Source: Candidatus Latescibacterota bacterium (GTDB lineage: Bacteria > Latescibacterota > CBDEFO01). From it: a stretch of DNA of 64,000 nt. Below, in pieces: positions 55,599-64,000 of this stretch. Position 1 is the stretch's first letter. Each line of letters starts with the position of its first letter. The position numbers and the translations under genes are program-made. The notes beneath the pieces were generated by a model. That model was not told the DNA's origin. It worked only from the letters and a program-made list of their open reading frames with translations, and ran no database searches. The DNA lies in the NCBI GenBank assembly GCA_965248755.1, contig OZ252149.1, positions 3,296,001 to 3,360,000 on the forward strand, given 5' to 3'.

Positions 55599-56685
55599 TT
55601 ACGCATTTGGGTACCGAATAAGATATTCCCTTATAAACTCGTCTATTTCTCCGTCCATGACAGATTGAGTATTGCTCGTCTCGACCCCTGTTCGGTGATC
55701 CTTGACCATATTGTAGGGATGGAAAACGTAAGATCTTATCTGACTTCCCCACTCTATGCTCTTTTTTTGGCTTTCTATCTTCTCCATCTTCTTTTTTTCC
55801 TCTTCCTTATAGTGCTGATAGAGCCTCGACATAAGTACCTTCATCGCCGTGCTTTTGTTCCTGTGCTGAGACCTTTCCGCCTGACACTGAACTGTAATGT
55901 TAGTCGGAAGATGAGTTATCCTAATTGCAGAGTCAGTTTTGTTGACGTGCTGGCCCCCTGCTCCGCTTGAGCGAAAGGTATCTATCTTAAGATCTTTGTC
56001 GTTTATGTCTATCTCGATTTCGCTGTCGGCTTCAGGATAGACAAAGACAGAGGCAAAAGAGGTATGTCTCCTGCTCTTGGCGTCGAAGGGAGAGATCCTT
56101 ACGAGCCGATGCACGCCCGCTTCGGCCTTAAGATAGCCGTAGGCGTGTTCCCCTTTAACTTCGATAGTGGCGTTTTTGATGCCTGCCTCGTCCCCGGGCT
56201 GAATATCTAAAATGCTGCTTTTAAAGCCGTGATTCTCAATCCATTTGAGGTACATCCTCATCAGCATATTGGCCCAGTCGGAAGATTCGGTACCTCCCGC
56301 GCCAGGATGGATCGTAAGTATGGCGTCCCTTGGGTCGTCCTGACCGCCCAGCATCCTTTGGAGCTCTAACTCCTCTATGCCATTTTCTAACTTACCGAGT
56401 TCCGCCTCCACTTCGTCCTTTTCAACGTCAAGCTGATAGAGCACCTCCAGGTCTTCGTACTCAGAGTTTAAGGTCCGCCACTTCAAAACGGGCTTCTTAA
56501 GGACGTTGAAGCGGTCTATCGTCTTTCGAGCTGCCTCTCTGTCGTTCCAGAAGTTCGGCTCCGACATTTTGGATTCTAACCGGGATATTTCCTCCTCCTT
56601 AGAACCTAAGTCAAAGATAACTCCTTAGATTGTCCAGTTTCTTCCTGCAATCTCCGAGTTTACTTTCCAGCAGTTCGTCTCCCAT
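55599..56685 (-). CDS. prfB: Peptide chain release factor 2, with +1 programmed frameshift
   Basis: ATG 56685, 24 codons, then AGGAG-TTAT-CTT TGA C (56610-56616); SPF and GGQ motifs downstream. Confidence 0.97.
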
Positions 56686-56703
56686 TTTGCCTCCTTACGG
56701 TCT

Positions 56704-57300
56704 TTAGGTTTTTTTCTGGGCTTCTTCTTTTTCCAGAATCTCTTTTATCTCCTCCTCTCGCCATTTAGCTCTGTCGAATTTAAGATGCTCAGCTGTAACG
56801 TTTCGGGGAATTTCAAATACGATCTGTCCAGTTATCGCCTCGTCCCTTTCCAAGTAAAACTCTCCAAACTCGCCGCCCCGCTCTATAAACATAGGTGAAT
56901 TGGACAGAGGAAAGTGCTCCTTTCCGTCTGAGTCCACAAGTAAAAAGCATTCTCTCAGGGTCGGATAGGCAAGTTTGAAGCGACATTCCATCTCTAAAAA
57001 GAGCACAACGAACTGCTTGTCCTTGCGTGGAATAACGCCCTGATACCTCGGTACGGTCACCACCTTGTCCACAGTCACGATCATAGGTTTCCTCACCCTT
57101 GATGCTAAATCGGGCAGCATTTCAAAGGGAGAAAGTGATGAGTCTTTGAACTGTATGTAGAGCATAACGGGTATTGTTAAAATAGCCAGTCCCAAGACCA
57201 ATCTGTGAACAAGAAGGATTTTTTGCTTGCTCCTCTTTAAGAGGGACTCTCTAGATCGGGAGTATTTACTTTGGCGGCTGTATTTATCTTTCACTACCAT
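56704..57300 (-). CDS. Membrane-anchored Ig-like protein (DUF4352-like)
   Basis: One TM helix; VTVDKV, FLLVDSDGKEH and ITGQIVFEIP. Confidence 0.6.
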   Translation of the reverse strand: MVVKDKYSRQSKYSRSRESLLKRSKQKILLVHRLVLGLAILTIPVMLYIQFKDSSLSPFEMLPDLASRVRKPMIVTVDKVVTVPRYQGVIPRKDKQFVVLFLEMECRFKLAYPTLRECFLLVDSDGKEHFPLSNSPMFIERGGEFGEFYLERDEAITGQIVFEIPRNVTAEHLKFDRAKWREEEIKEILEKEEAQKKT

Positions 57301-57318
57301 AGGAAACCATTGTGCTGT

Positions 57319-57798
57319 CTATTTAAATTTCTCTCTCAATCTTCGATAGGTTTCCTCCAGTCCCTCAGAGATCACCTTGGTATCCCCAATTATGGGCATA
57401 AAATTCGTATCCCCTTTCCATCTGGGAACGATGTGCAGATGAACGTGCTCTTCTATGCCCGCTCCGGCGACGCGGCCTATGTTCATTCCCAAGTTGAAGC
57501 CCTGGGGATTCAAGGCTTCCTGGAGAGTAGACAGGGACATCTCCATTAACTTGAACATCTCCAGCTTCTCGTCGTCCGACAGATCACCGATATGTGAGGT
57601 ATGTCTCTTAGGAACGATCATCAGATGGCCGTTGTTGTAAGGGAATAGGTTCATAATAACATATACCACTTTTCCCCTTTTGAGGATCAGATTCTCCTTA
57701 TCTTTGTTCTCCTCCCACTTGTCGCAGAATATGCAACCTTGGGAGTCGTCAACACTCTCTATGTATTTGATCCTCCAGGGCGCCCAGAGATTTTCCAT
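57319..57798 (-). CDS. HIT family hydrolase (Ap4A phosphorylase-like)
   Basis: LWAPWR, CIFC, NLFPYNNGHLM and HVHLHIVPRW motifs. Confidence 0.93.
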   Translation of the reverse strand: MENLWAPWRIKYIESVDDSQGCIFCDKWEENKDKENLILKRGKVVYVIMNLFPYNNGHLMIVPKRHTSHIGDLSDDEKLEMFKLMEMSLSTLQEALNPQGFNLGMNIGRVAGAGIEEHVHLHIVPRWKGDTNFMPIIGDTKVISEGLEETYRRLREKFK

Positions 57799-57806
57799 AG
57801 TGTGTC

Positions 57807-59687
57807 CTATCTTTTTATGGCTATTTTCCCAGTCTTTTCAAAGTCTTTAGCCTGGATGAGATAGTAATAAATACCGCTTGACACATCTTCGCCTGAGGCA
57901 TTCTGCCCGTTCCAGAATGGGACTCTGCTCCCTTTAGTGTAGTCTCCGGCCTGAAGGAAGCTGTTGAAGGCAATAATACTCCTCACCAGTTCGCCAGAGG
58001 ATGAGAATATGCTCAAATACACCGCAGAGTCTTGCGCTAAACTGATGGGGAAGAATATACTGGCGCTTGAAGGATTGGGAAAGGGAGATTCGACCACTGT
58101 CTGGCCCGAAGGGGCGCTGGGATCAAATATCGGATCTCGATCTTCTCCGTTTACCAGAGTATTCAGCGTATCTGCCGCCGCTAATCTTGCGGCGGCGTGG
58201 GCGTCCACTAATCCCCAACCGTAGAGCGTATCGGGTCCGGAGGGCCCCAGGTCTTTTGCTGTCTCCTTGAGGCTCCCTATTATCTGGGCAGGGCCCCACG
58301 AAGGATTGATCTGTAGAAGGAGAACGCATGCTCCTGCTACCAAAGGAGCCGAAAAAGACGTGCCGTTGCGAGATTCATAGGAGTTAGGATCATTTGACGA
58401 AGCTACGACGACGTTGATTCCCCTTGCCACGACGTCCGGCTTTATCCGATTGTCGGCTGTCGGACCGAGGGAACTGAAGGTCGCCAGTCCATTCCCTGCG
58501 TCAATAGCTCCCACTGTTATAACGCTTTCGGCGTCAGCGGGAACGGTTATCTTCTGCCAGGGAGTGTTCCCCTGGTTCCCGGCGGAGACTACGACCGTAA
58601 TCCCCTTTAAGACCGCTATCTGGGCCGCTATAGTAGTCTTGGCAGTCTTTCCGTCCAGATCCTTGAGAGTGTAACTTTCCCCCGTCCCTTCATCCCAGAT
58701 ATTATATCCCAGGGAACTGCTGACCACATCTGCGCCGAGGCTGTCGGCCCACTCTATTCCGGCGACCCAGAAGTCCTCCTCTATAGGCGTCTCGCTCGAT
58801 ACATCTTCGGTCTTGGCCAGAGCAAACTCGGAGCCGAAAGCGGCCCCCACAAAATTTCCGGGATCGTAGCCTCCTATCGTCGAAAGGACCCAGGTTCCGT
58901 GAGATTCCTGCGGCCTCCCATGTTCATCCCGGCCGTCCTGTCCCGGCTCGTCACGGACGACGTCGTCTTTGTTTATGAAATCCCTTTGAGCTACTATGTT
59001 TATCCCAGAAAGAGCATTATGATTTATCTCGTAGCCGGTATCCAGAAGGCATATTCTGACCCCTTCGCCGTGGTACCCCATGTCGTGGACACCTATTACT
59101 CCTATATGATTCAGTTGGCCAAACGACAGCCCGTAGTCAATTGTGGTGGAAGTACTTTCCTCTTTATTGCGAAGAATTTTAGGAGAAATGTCCGAGGGAG
59201 ACGGCTCAAAGCGTCTGTAGTGTTTTACAGATTCCACGAGTTTAACGTATGAAAGCTCTTTTATCCCTTCGATCTGTTCTGCATTAGCCGAGACACTGAC
59301 TCCGTTGAGCCAGCGGGAGACGACTCTGATATTGGCTCCTGTCTTTTTTACCCCCTCTATGTATTCCTCATACACGGGCATATCCCGAAAGTCCACCAAC
59401 TCCTCTTGGGGCAAAACTTTTGCCCTCCTTTTTAAAGAGCGTTCGGATATTTGCCGGAAAGCCTTTTTATTCAGTTGGGACGAGCCGATGTCTCCCTTAT
59501 CTTTAAACATCGCCCAGACGTTGTAGGTTTCATTTTCATCCCTACGGGATATCTTATCTCTAAGTTCCGCACTTATCTTGAAAGAGGGAAAAATACCTGC
59601 ATAGCAGTATAAGGGAGCAATAAGAGAAATTATAATTGCGATTCCCACGATGCGGTTTTTGAACAGCCCCTTTATCCTATCTTTCAT
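57807..59687 (-). CDS. Secreted S8 subtilisin-like serine protease with FlgD-Ig/T9SS-like tail
   Basis: LDTG, HGT, SAGN and GTSFSAP catalytic motifs; PFPNP...WNGQN...SSGIYYY tail. Confidence 0.92.
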   Translation of the reverse strand: MKDRIKGLFKNRIVGIAIIISLIAPLYCYAGIFPSFKISAELRDKISRRDENETYNVWAMFKDKGDIGSSQLNKKAFRQISERSLKRRAKVLPQEELVDFRDMPVYEEYIEGVKKTGANIRVVSRWLNGVSVSANAEQIEGIKELSYVKLVESVKHYRRFEPSPSDISPKILRNKEESTSTTIDYGLSFGQLNHIGVIGVHDMGYHGEGVRICLLDTGYEINHNALSGINIVAQRDFINKDDVVRDEPGQDGRDEHGRPQESHGTWVLSTIGGYDPGNFVGAAFGSEFALAKTEDVSSETPIEEDFWVAGIEWADSLGADVVSSSLGYNIWDEGTGESYTLKDLDGKTAKTTIAAQIAVLKGITVVVSAGNQGNTPWQKITVPADAESVITVGAIDAGNGLATFSSLGPTADNRIKPDVVARGINVVVASSNDPNSYESRNGTSFSAPLVAGACVLLLQINPSWGPAQIIGSLKETAKDLGPSGPDTLYGWGLVDAHAAARLAAADTLNTLVNGEDRDPIFDPSAPSGQTVVESPFPNPSSASIFFPISLAQDSAVYLSIFSSSGELVRSIIAFNSFLQAGDYTKGSRVPFWNGQNASGEDVSSGIYYYLIQAKDFEKTGKIAIKR

Positions 59688-59691
59688 CTTT

Positions 59692-60408
59692 CTATCTTGT
59701 GTCTATCACCTCCACGCCTTGGGGAGGGCTAAATTGAAAGATGGAATCTTCCAGATCGGAATCTGTCACCACGCTGGACAGTACATAGGTAGTTACATCC
59801 TCGTTTATATCCATCTGTTTCACCTTCAAGGTCACCCACTCTTTTTTATCTATCCATACTTTCATCCTGGTGATATAAGCATCCTTGCTGTTGGAGGTAA
59901 GCTCCAGGATGTGACATTTCTTCCCAGCCATCTTATCCTCACCCAAATAGAGCGGATCGTAGTTTTGTGTGTACTCGAACAGTATCTTTTCTGGGCTGTC
60001 GGGATTACCCTGTGGATCGTATCTGGATATGAGGACCTGATTGTTGTCGGGAGTATAGTTCCAGAGGTCTTTTCCATCCGTCACCAATGTCTGTTGATCG
60101 GTCTGAAGCCTGAATTTATCGGGCTTTCTGATGTATAACTTGCCCTTGAACTTCTGAGTCTGTTCGGCCAAAGACCAGTAGAAAGTCTTCTTAAAATCCG
60201 CCGAGAAGTCCTTCATATTCGCGAACTTCTCCCTGACCTTTTTAAGAACCTCCTCCCCTTCAAGGGCGTAAGATGGGGAGTAAAAGGAAAGGATGCAGAT
60301 TACTAAAGCAAGTATAATCCTGAAATTAGAAATCAGACAAAACTTACAACGTGTGTTCATTTTGAAGGGATCTTGTCGTGGGCTCTGTTTCATCAGTTGG
60401 CATCCCAA
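59692..60408 (-). CDS. lolA: Outer-membrane lipoprotein carrier protein LolA
   Basis: FSADF, GKLYIRKPDKFR, VTDGKDLWNY and FQFSPPQGVEVID; start uncertain. Confidence 0.88.
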   Translation of the reverse strand: MGCQLMKQSPRQDPFKMNTRCKFCLISNFRIILALVICILSFYSPSYALEGEEVLKKVREKFANMKDFSADFKKTFYWSLAEQTQKFKGKLYIRKPDKFRLQTDQQTLVTDGKDLWNYTPDNNQVLISRYDPQGNPDSPEKILFEYTQNYDPLYLGEDKMAGKKCHILELTSNSKDAYITRMKVWIDKKEWVTLKVKQMDINEDVTTYVLSSVVTDSDLEDSIFQFSPPQGVEVIDTR

Positions 60409-62661
60409 CTATTCATCATCTACCATTTCCAATTCTTCAAGATAGCTATCGTCCACAAGGACTTCTCTTGCCTTGCTCCCGTCGGCAGGACCCACTATTC
60501 CCGCAGCTTCAAGCTCGTCCATGATCCTTCCTGCTCTGGAGAATCCAACCTTTAGCCTGCGCTGGAGGAAGGAAGTTGATCCCTGCTGGTGCAGGATAAT
60601 CAGCCTTGCTGCGTCTTTGAACAACTCGTCTCTATCGCCGCGTACACCGCCTGTTATAGCCTCGCCCTGCTCATCGAATATCTCGACCTCCTCAGCCTTT
60701 ATCTTCTGAACTTTTATCGCCTCCGCTACGCGATCTACTTCCTCAGTGGAAATATAAGCGCCGTGAATCCTTACCAGTTCGTGCTGGCCCGGAGGGATGA
60801 AGAGCATATCTCCGCTTCCTAATAGGCTCTCTGCGCCGTTGCTGTCTAAAATCGTTCTGGAGTCCACCTTAGAGGCGACCTGAAAGGCTATTCTGGCGGG
60901 GAAATTGGCCTTTATCACCCCTGTGATGATATTTACAGAGGGGCGCTGTGTCGCCAGGATCAGGTGTATGCCAATCGCCCTTGCCATCTGCGCCAGCCGC
61001 GCTATCGAATCCTCAATGTCCCTCGATGCAGTCAACATCAGATCTGCAAGCTCATCTATAATGATCACTATATAGGGCATGCGGGGCGGCACATCGTCGT
61101 CCTCTCTCGATTCTGCCGGCGGCAGTAGACGTTCTACCTTGCGGTTGTAATCATCTATATTTCTGACGCCTAATTTTGACATGTTGTGGTAGCGGGTTTC
61201 CATTTCTGCCACAGCCCACTTTAGAGCTTCAGATGCCCTTTGAGGATCTGTAACGACAGGCGTTAAAAGATGAGGAATATCGTTATAGACCGAAAGTTCA
61301 AGCACCTTGGGATCTACCAGGATCAGTCTGATCTCCTCTGAGGTAGCCCTGAAGAGCAGACTGTTGATCAGGACATTTATGCACATGCTCTTACCGCTGC
61401 CCGTTGCTCCGGCTATCAAAAGATGCGGCATCTTTACCAGGTCAACGCAGTACGGTTCTCCCCATGTGGTCTTGCCGAGGGCAAAGAGCGTCTTGGACGT
61501 AGATTCCCTGAATTCGTCCGATTCCACTATCTCCTTGAGATAGACCACAGAAGGCTCCTGATTCGGAACTTCGATTCCGACGGCGGCTTTCCCCGGTATG
61601 GGGGCCTGTATCCTGATCCTCTTGGCTTTCATGACTAATGCCAAGTCATCGGCAAGAGAGACTATCCTGTTGACTTTGACCCCCGGCGCCGGCTCCACCT
61701 CATAGCGCGTTATCACAGGACCCGGGGTTACCTGTACGACCTTGCCGTCTATTCCGAAGTTGAAGAGGCCCTTTTCCACGACCGCGGCGCTTTTCATAAG
61801 CTCCTCTCTTTTGGGGCTGCCCTTCTCTTCAGGCGGATCCTCCAAAAGCAAGGAGGGAGGATATTCGTATATTATCTCCTCATCCTCATATCCTTCGGGG
61901 TCAGGGATCTCTGCTCGTGGCGGACGTTCTTCACTATCATCCAAAGGATCCACTATCTCTGGCTCGTGATACTCTATCACCTGGGGAGACGCCACGCTCT
62001 TCCGTTTAACCTTAACTGTAGGACTACCTTTGGCGTTATTGCTTTCTTTGTTAGGCTCTGTAGAACGTCCACTTCGATTGGATTTAGATTTTCCATCCTT
62101 CTGTTTTGACCTTCTGTTTTTGATTCTGGTTCCGAACACCTCTCCTTTAGCTGTGATCTTGTCGGACAAGGACGCTATAATCTTGGATAGGCTGATTCTG
62201 GTAGCTGCGACAACAGTGACGAGGAAGAAAGCCGCTATCAGCACGTACGAACCGCCCTTCCCTAAATAGGGCAGCAGCACTTTAGTGGAGAGATTAAGTC
62301 CTAACCATCCTCCCAGTACAGCGCCTACATCCTCATTTGCTCCGGACGCCAATCCCGCCGCTCCGCAGTAGAGGGTTATAATAAGCAAGAGCGCAAGAGT
62401 CTTTATCAGGGATTCGGCGGCATCTGTTCTGCGGAGCCTGTCCCATCCCCAGATTAAGAAGAACAGAGGGAGTGCAAAGGCTGCATATCCGACCCCTCGA
62501 AGCGCCAGGGACGATATGTATTCCCCGGCTTTGCCCGCCCAATTTCCATCTGTCACATCGTGAGGGATAAGGCTTATGGCTATCAATATGGATATAGCTA
62601 TCAGAACGACGCCCAATATCTCAGATATCTTTCCATCGGACGCATTTGCATTATCTATCAC
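60409..62661 (-). CDS. ftsK: DNA translocase FtsK
   Basis: Four-TM N-terminus, PHLLIAGATGSGKS, IDELADLM, ATQRPS and gamma domain. Confidence 0.97.
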   Translation of the reverse strand: MIDNANASDGKISEILGVVLIAISILIAISLIPHDVTDGNWAGKAGEYISSLALRGVGYAAFALPLFFLIWGWDRLRRTDAAESLIKTLALLLIITLYCGAAGLASGANEDVGAVLGGWLGLNLSTKVLLPYLGKGGSYVLIAAFFLVTVVAATRISLSKIIASLSDKITAKGEVFGTRIKNRRSKQKDGKSKSNRSGRSTEPNKESNNAKGSPTVKVKRKSVASPQVIEYHEPEIVDPLDDSEERPPRAEIPDPEGYEDEEIIYEYPPSLLLEDPPEEKGSPKREELMKSAAVVEKGLFNFGIDGKVVQVTPGPVITRYEVEPAPGVKVNRIVSLADDLALVMKAKRIRIQAPIPGKAAVGIEVPNQEPSVVYLKEIVESDEFRESTSKTLFALGKTTWGEPYCVDLVKMPHLLIAGATGSGKSMCINVLINSLLFRATSEEIRLILVDPKVLELSVYNDIPHLLTPVVTDPQRASEALKWAVAEMETRYHNMSKLGVRNIDDYNRKVERLLPPAESREDDDVPPRMPYIVIIIDELADLMLTASRDIEDSIARLAQMARAIGIHLILATQRPSVNIITGVIKANFPARIAFQVASKVDSRTILDSNGAESLLGSGDMLFIPPGQHELVRIHGAYISTEEVDRVAEAIKVQKIKAEEVEIFDEQGEAITGGVRGDRDELFKDAARLIILHQQGSTSFLQRRLKVGFSRAGRIMDELEAAGIVGPADGSKAREVLVDDSYLEELEMVDDE

Positions 62662-62686
62662 TCTTTCTCCCCCTTGTTTTGGATCT

Positions 62687-62911
62687 TTAAAAAGGGAATA
62701 CCTTATCTATATTCGCTTTTAGGGCCTCTTCTTCCCTTATCTTCTCTATATCCTCTTTGGACCGATAGACAAACAGAGTTCCGCATCGCTTGCAGACGCC
62801 GTAGAGCTTATCGTCCCCCGGGTGTCTTTCGATCGGGATGTTCGCAACTTCTCCCCTGCAGACATGAACCACATAATCAGAGTCACTTACAAAGACAACG
62901 TCTTTACCCAT
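62687..62911 (-). CDS. Small hypothetical protein with HxC...CxxC motif
   Basis: 74-aa ORF filling the glnD-ftsK gap on the operon strand (VHVC...GVCKRCG). Confidence 0.6.
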   Translation of the reverse strand: MGKDVVFVSDSDYVVHVCRGEVANIPIERHPGDDKLYGVCKRCGTLFVYRSKEDIEKIREEEALKANIDKVFPF

Positions 62912-62938
62912 AAGCAATCTCTTTTCTCGTCTTTGACT

Positions 62939-64000
62939 TCAACTAATCCTATCTAAAAGTGTATCTGCTATTATCTCCTGCTCATCTGGATGGGTGATCC
63001 TGCTCCCGTCTACTTTGGTTATGTAGAAGGCATCCACAGCCTGATCGACTTCTGTTGTGATCTTGGCAGTGTGTATATCCAGCCCAAGATCCGAAAGCGT
63101 CCGCGTGATCTTGTAGAGGAGGCCGACGGTGTCCTGTGCGAATACGTCTATTACTGTGTATATATCAGACACACCGGCTTCGAAGACGACCTTTGTCGGG
63201 CGCACAGATTTGGGAGGCTCTTTTCTTTTTGACCACCGTCTTTCGTGTTGGCGGAATAGGAGTTCGGTGCTTTGGTGTCCCCCGAAGATATCCTGAAGCT
63301 GCTTTTCTACCTCCGCCCAGCTTCCCGCGCGGACAGGACCGTGCGTCTCTGTGTCTGTAACCCGGAAGGTATCCAATGCCGTGTGGTCCGCTCTGGTGTA
63401 TATCTCAGCGCTGAATATATTGATGTCGTTGACTGCAAGGATCGCACAGATTTGGGAGAGCAGATAGGGTCTATCCTTTGCGGCAAAATGGACGGATGTA
63501 AACTGGCTTTCTGGATGTGGAGAAAGTGCAATAGGTTGTGTGTCCAGGGAATCCACAAGTTTTATATGTGTCCTTATATGTTCTGCATCGTTTGACAGGA
63601 CGTATCTGGGGGGGAGGCTCCGTATATGGTTTCGGATTTTGTCTTCGGGAAATTCGTTCTGAAGCTGAGTTAGGATCTTCTTGAGAGCATCTTCGGCTTT
63701 TTGTTTTTCCTCCTCTTCCTTTGCCCCTGAGGTAATTCTTTCTGAGGTTTTGTAGTAAAGGTCAGTAAGGAGAGTCTCTTTCCAGTCTGTGAGTGCTTCC
63801 TTTGTAAGCGCAGACAGGTCTGCATAATTAAGCAGATATAGCATCTTTAACGTTTCAAGGTCGGGGAATTTTTCTGCGAAGGTCTCTTTGAACTTGGGAT
63901 CGTTAAAGTCCCTCCTTTGCGAGTTCTGGGACATTATCAGGTGATTGGCGACGAGGAACTCTACAGTGTCCCTTTCCTTGTCGCAGAAATTCCAGCGCGA
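62939..64000 (-). CDS. glnD: PII uridylyltransferase, C-terminal part (runs off the window edge)
   Basis: HD region (NHLIMSQNSQRRD, LYLLNYAD, WKETLL) and two ACT domains (DRPYLLS, DTVGLLYKIT...AVDAFY). Confidence 0.93.
   Translation of the reverse strand, partial: SRWNFCDKERDTVEFLVANHLIMSQNSQRRDFNDPKFKETFAEKFPDLETLKMLYLLNYADLSALTKEALTDWKETLLTDLYYKTSERITSGAKEEEEKQKAEDALKKILTQLQNEFPEDKIRNHIRSLPPRYVLSNDAEHIRTHIKLVDSLDTQPIALSPHPESQFTSVHFAAKDRPYLLSQICAILAVNDINIFSAEIYTRADHTALDTFRVTDTETHGPVRAGSWAEVEKQLQDIFGGHQSTELLFRQHERRWSKRKEPPKSVRPTKVVFEAGVSDIYTVIDVFAQDTVGLLYKITRTLSDLGLDIHTAKITTEVDQAVDAFYITKVDGSRITHPDEQEIIADTLLDRIS

Overview
Bacterial genomic window from a diderm organism, most consistent with the FCB superphylum (for example Latescibacterota-like). 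That placement is an inference from the fused lpxC/fabZ, the NYPNPFNP FlgD-Ig/T9SS-like C-terminal tails, and mcsA-mcsB-clpC in a Gram-negative context. The window has two halves. 1-26.6 kb is an accessory patchwork: a minus-strand cluster of four PQQ-dependent dehydrogenases, an aldo/keto reductase and a TonB-dependent receptor, then a plus-strand sugar-acid/cyclitol catabolic series (NanA-like lyase, two Gfo/Idh/MocA oxidoreductases, GH-like TIM barrel, enolase-family enzyme, Ldh_2, BNR/sialidase-like protein, HpcH aldolase, metallophosphoesterase, IolE, IolA/MmsA), with several gene remnants. 26.7-64 kb is core genome: dnaG, tRNA-Ile2, tRNA-Val, rnpB, pyrE, an ECF sigma factor, kdgK/eda, and a long minus-strand run glnD-ftsK-lolA-S8 protease-HIT-prfB-lysS-lolE-lolD-mcsA-mcsB-clpC-tamB-bamA-skp-lpxD-lpxC/fabZ-lpxA. 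The most notable unexplained structures are: (i) a 23-25 bp palindromic micro-element that nests in itself and in REP-like repeats, has a filled/empty site pair, sits in frame inside lpxD and supplies the stop codon of the TonB receptor; (ii) an orphan, highly base-paired ~200-nt non-coding element at 30.4-30.6 kb; (iii) a candidate PQQ-scavenging module with a probable ATT start codon and a structured leader; (iv) a sigma54-driven ECF sigma gene with candidate activator sites and no adjacent anti-sigma gene. All calls come from manual reading; no database searches or folding programs were run.
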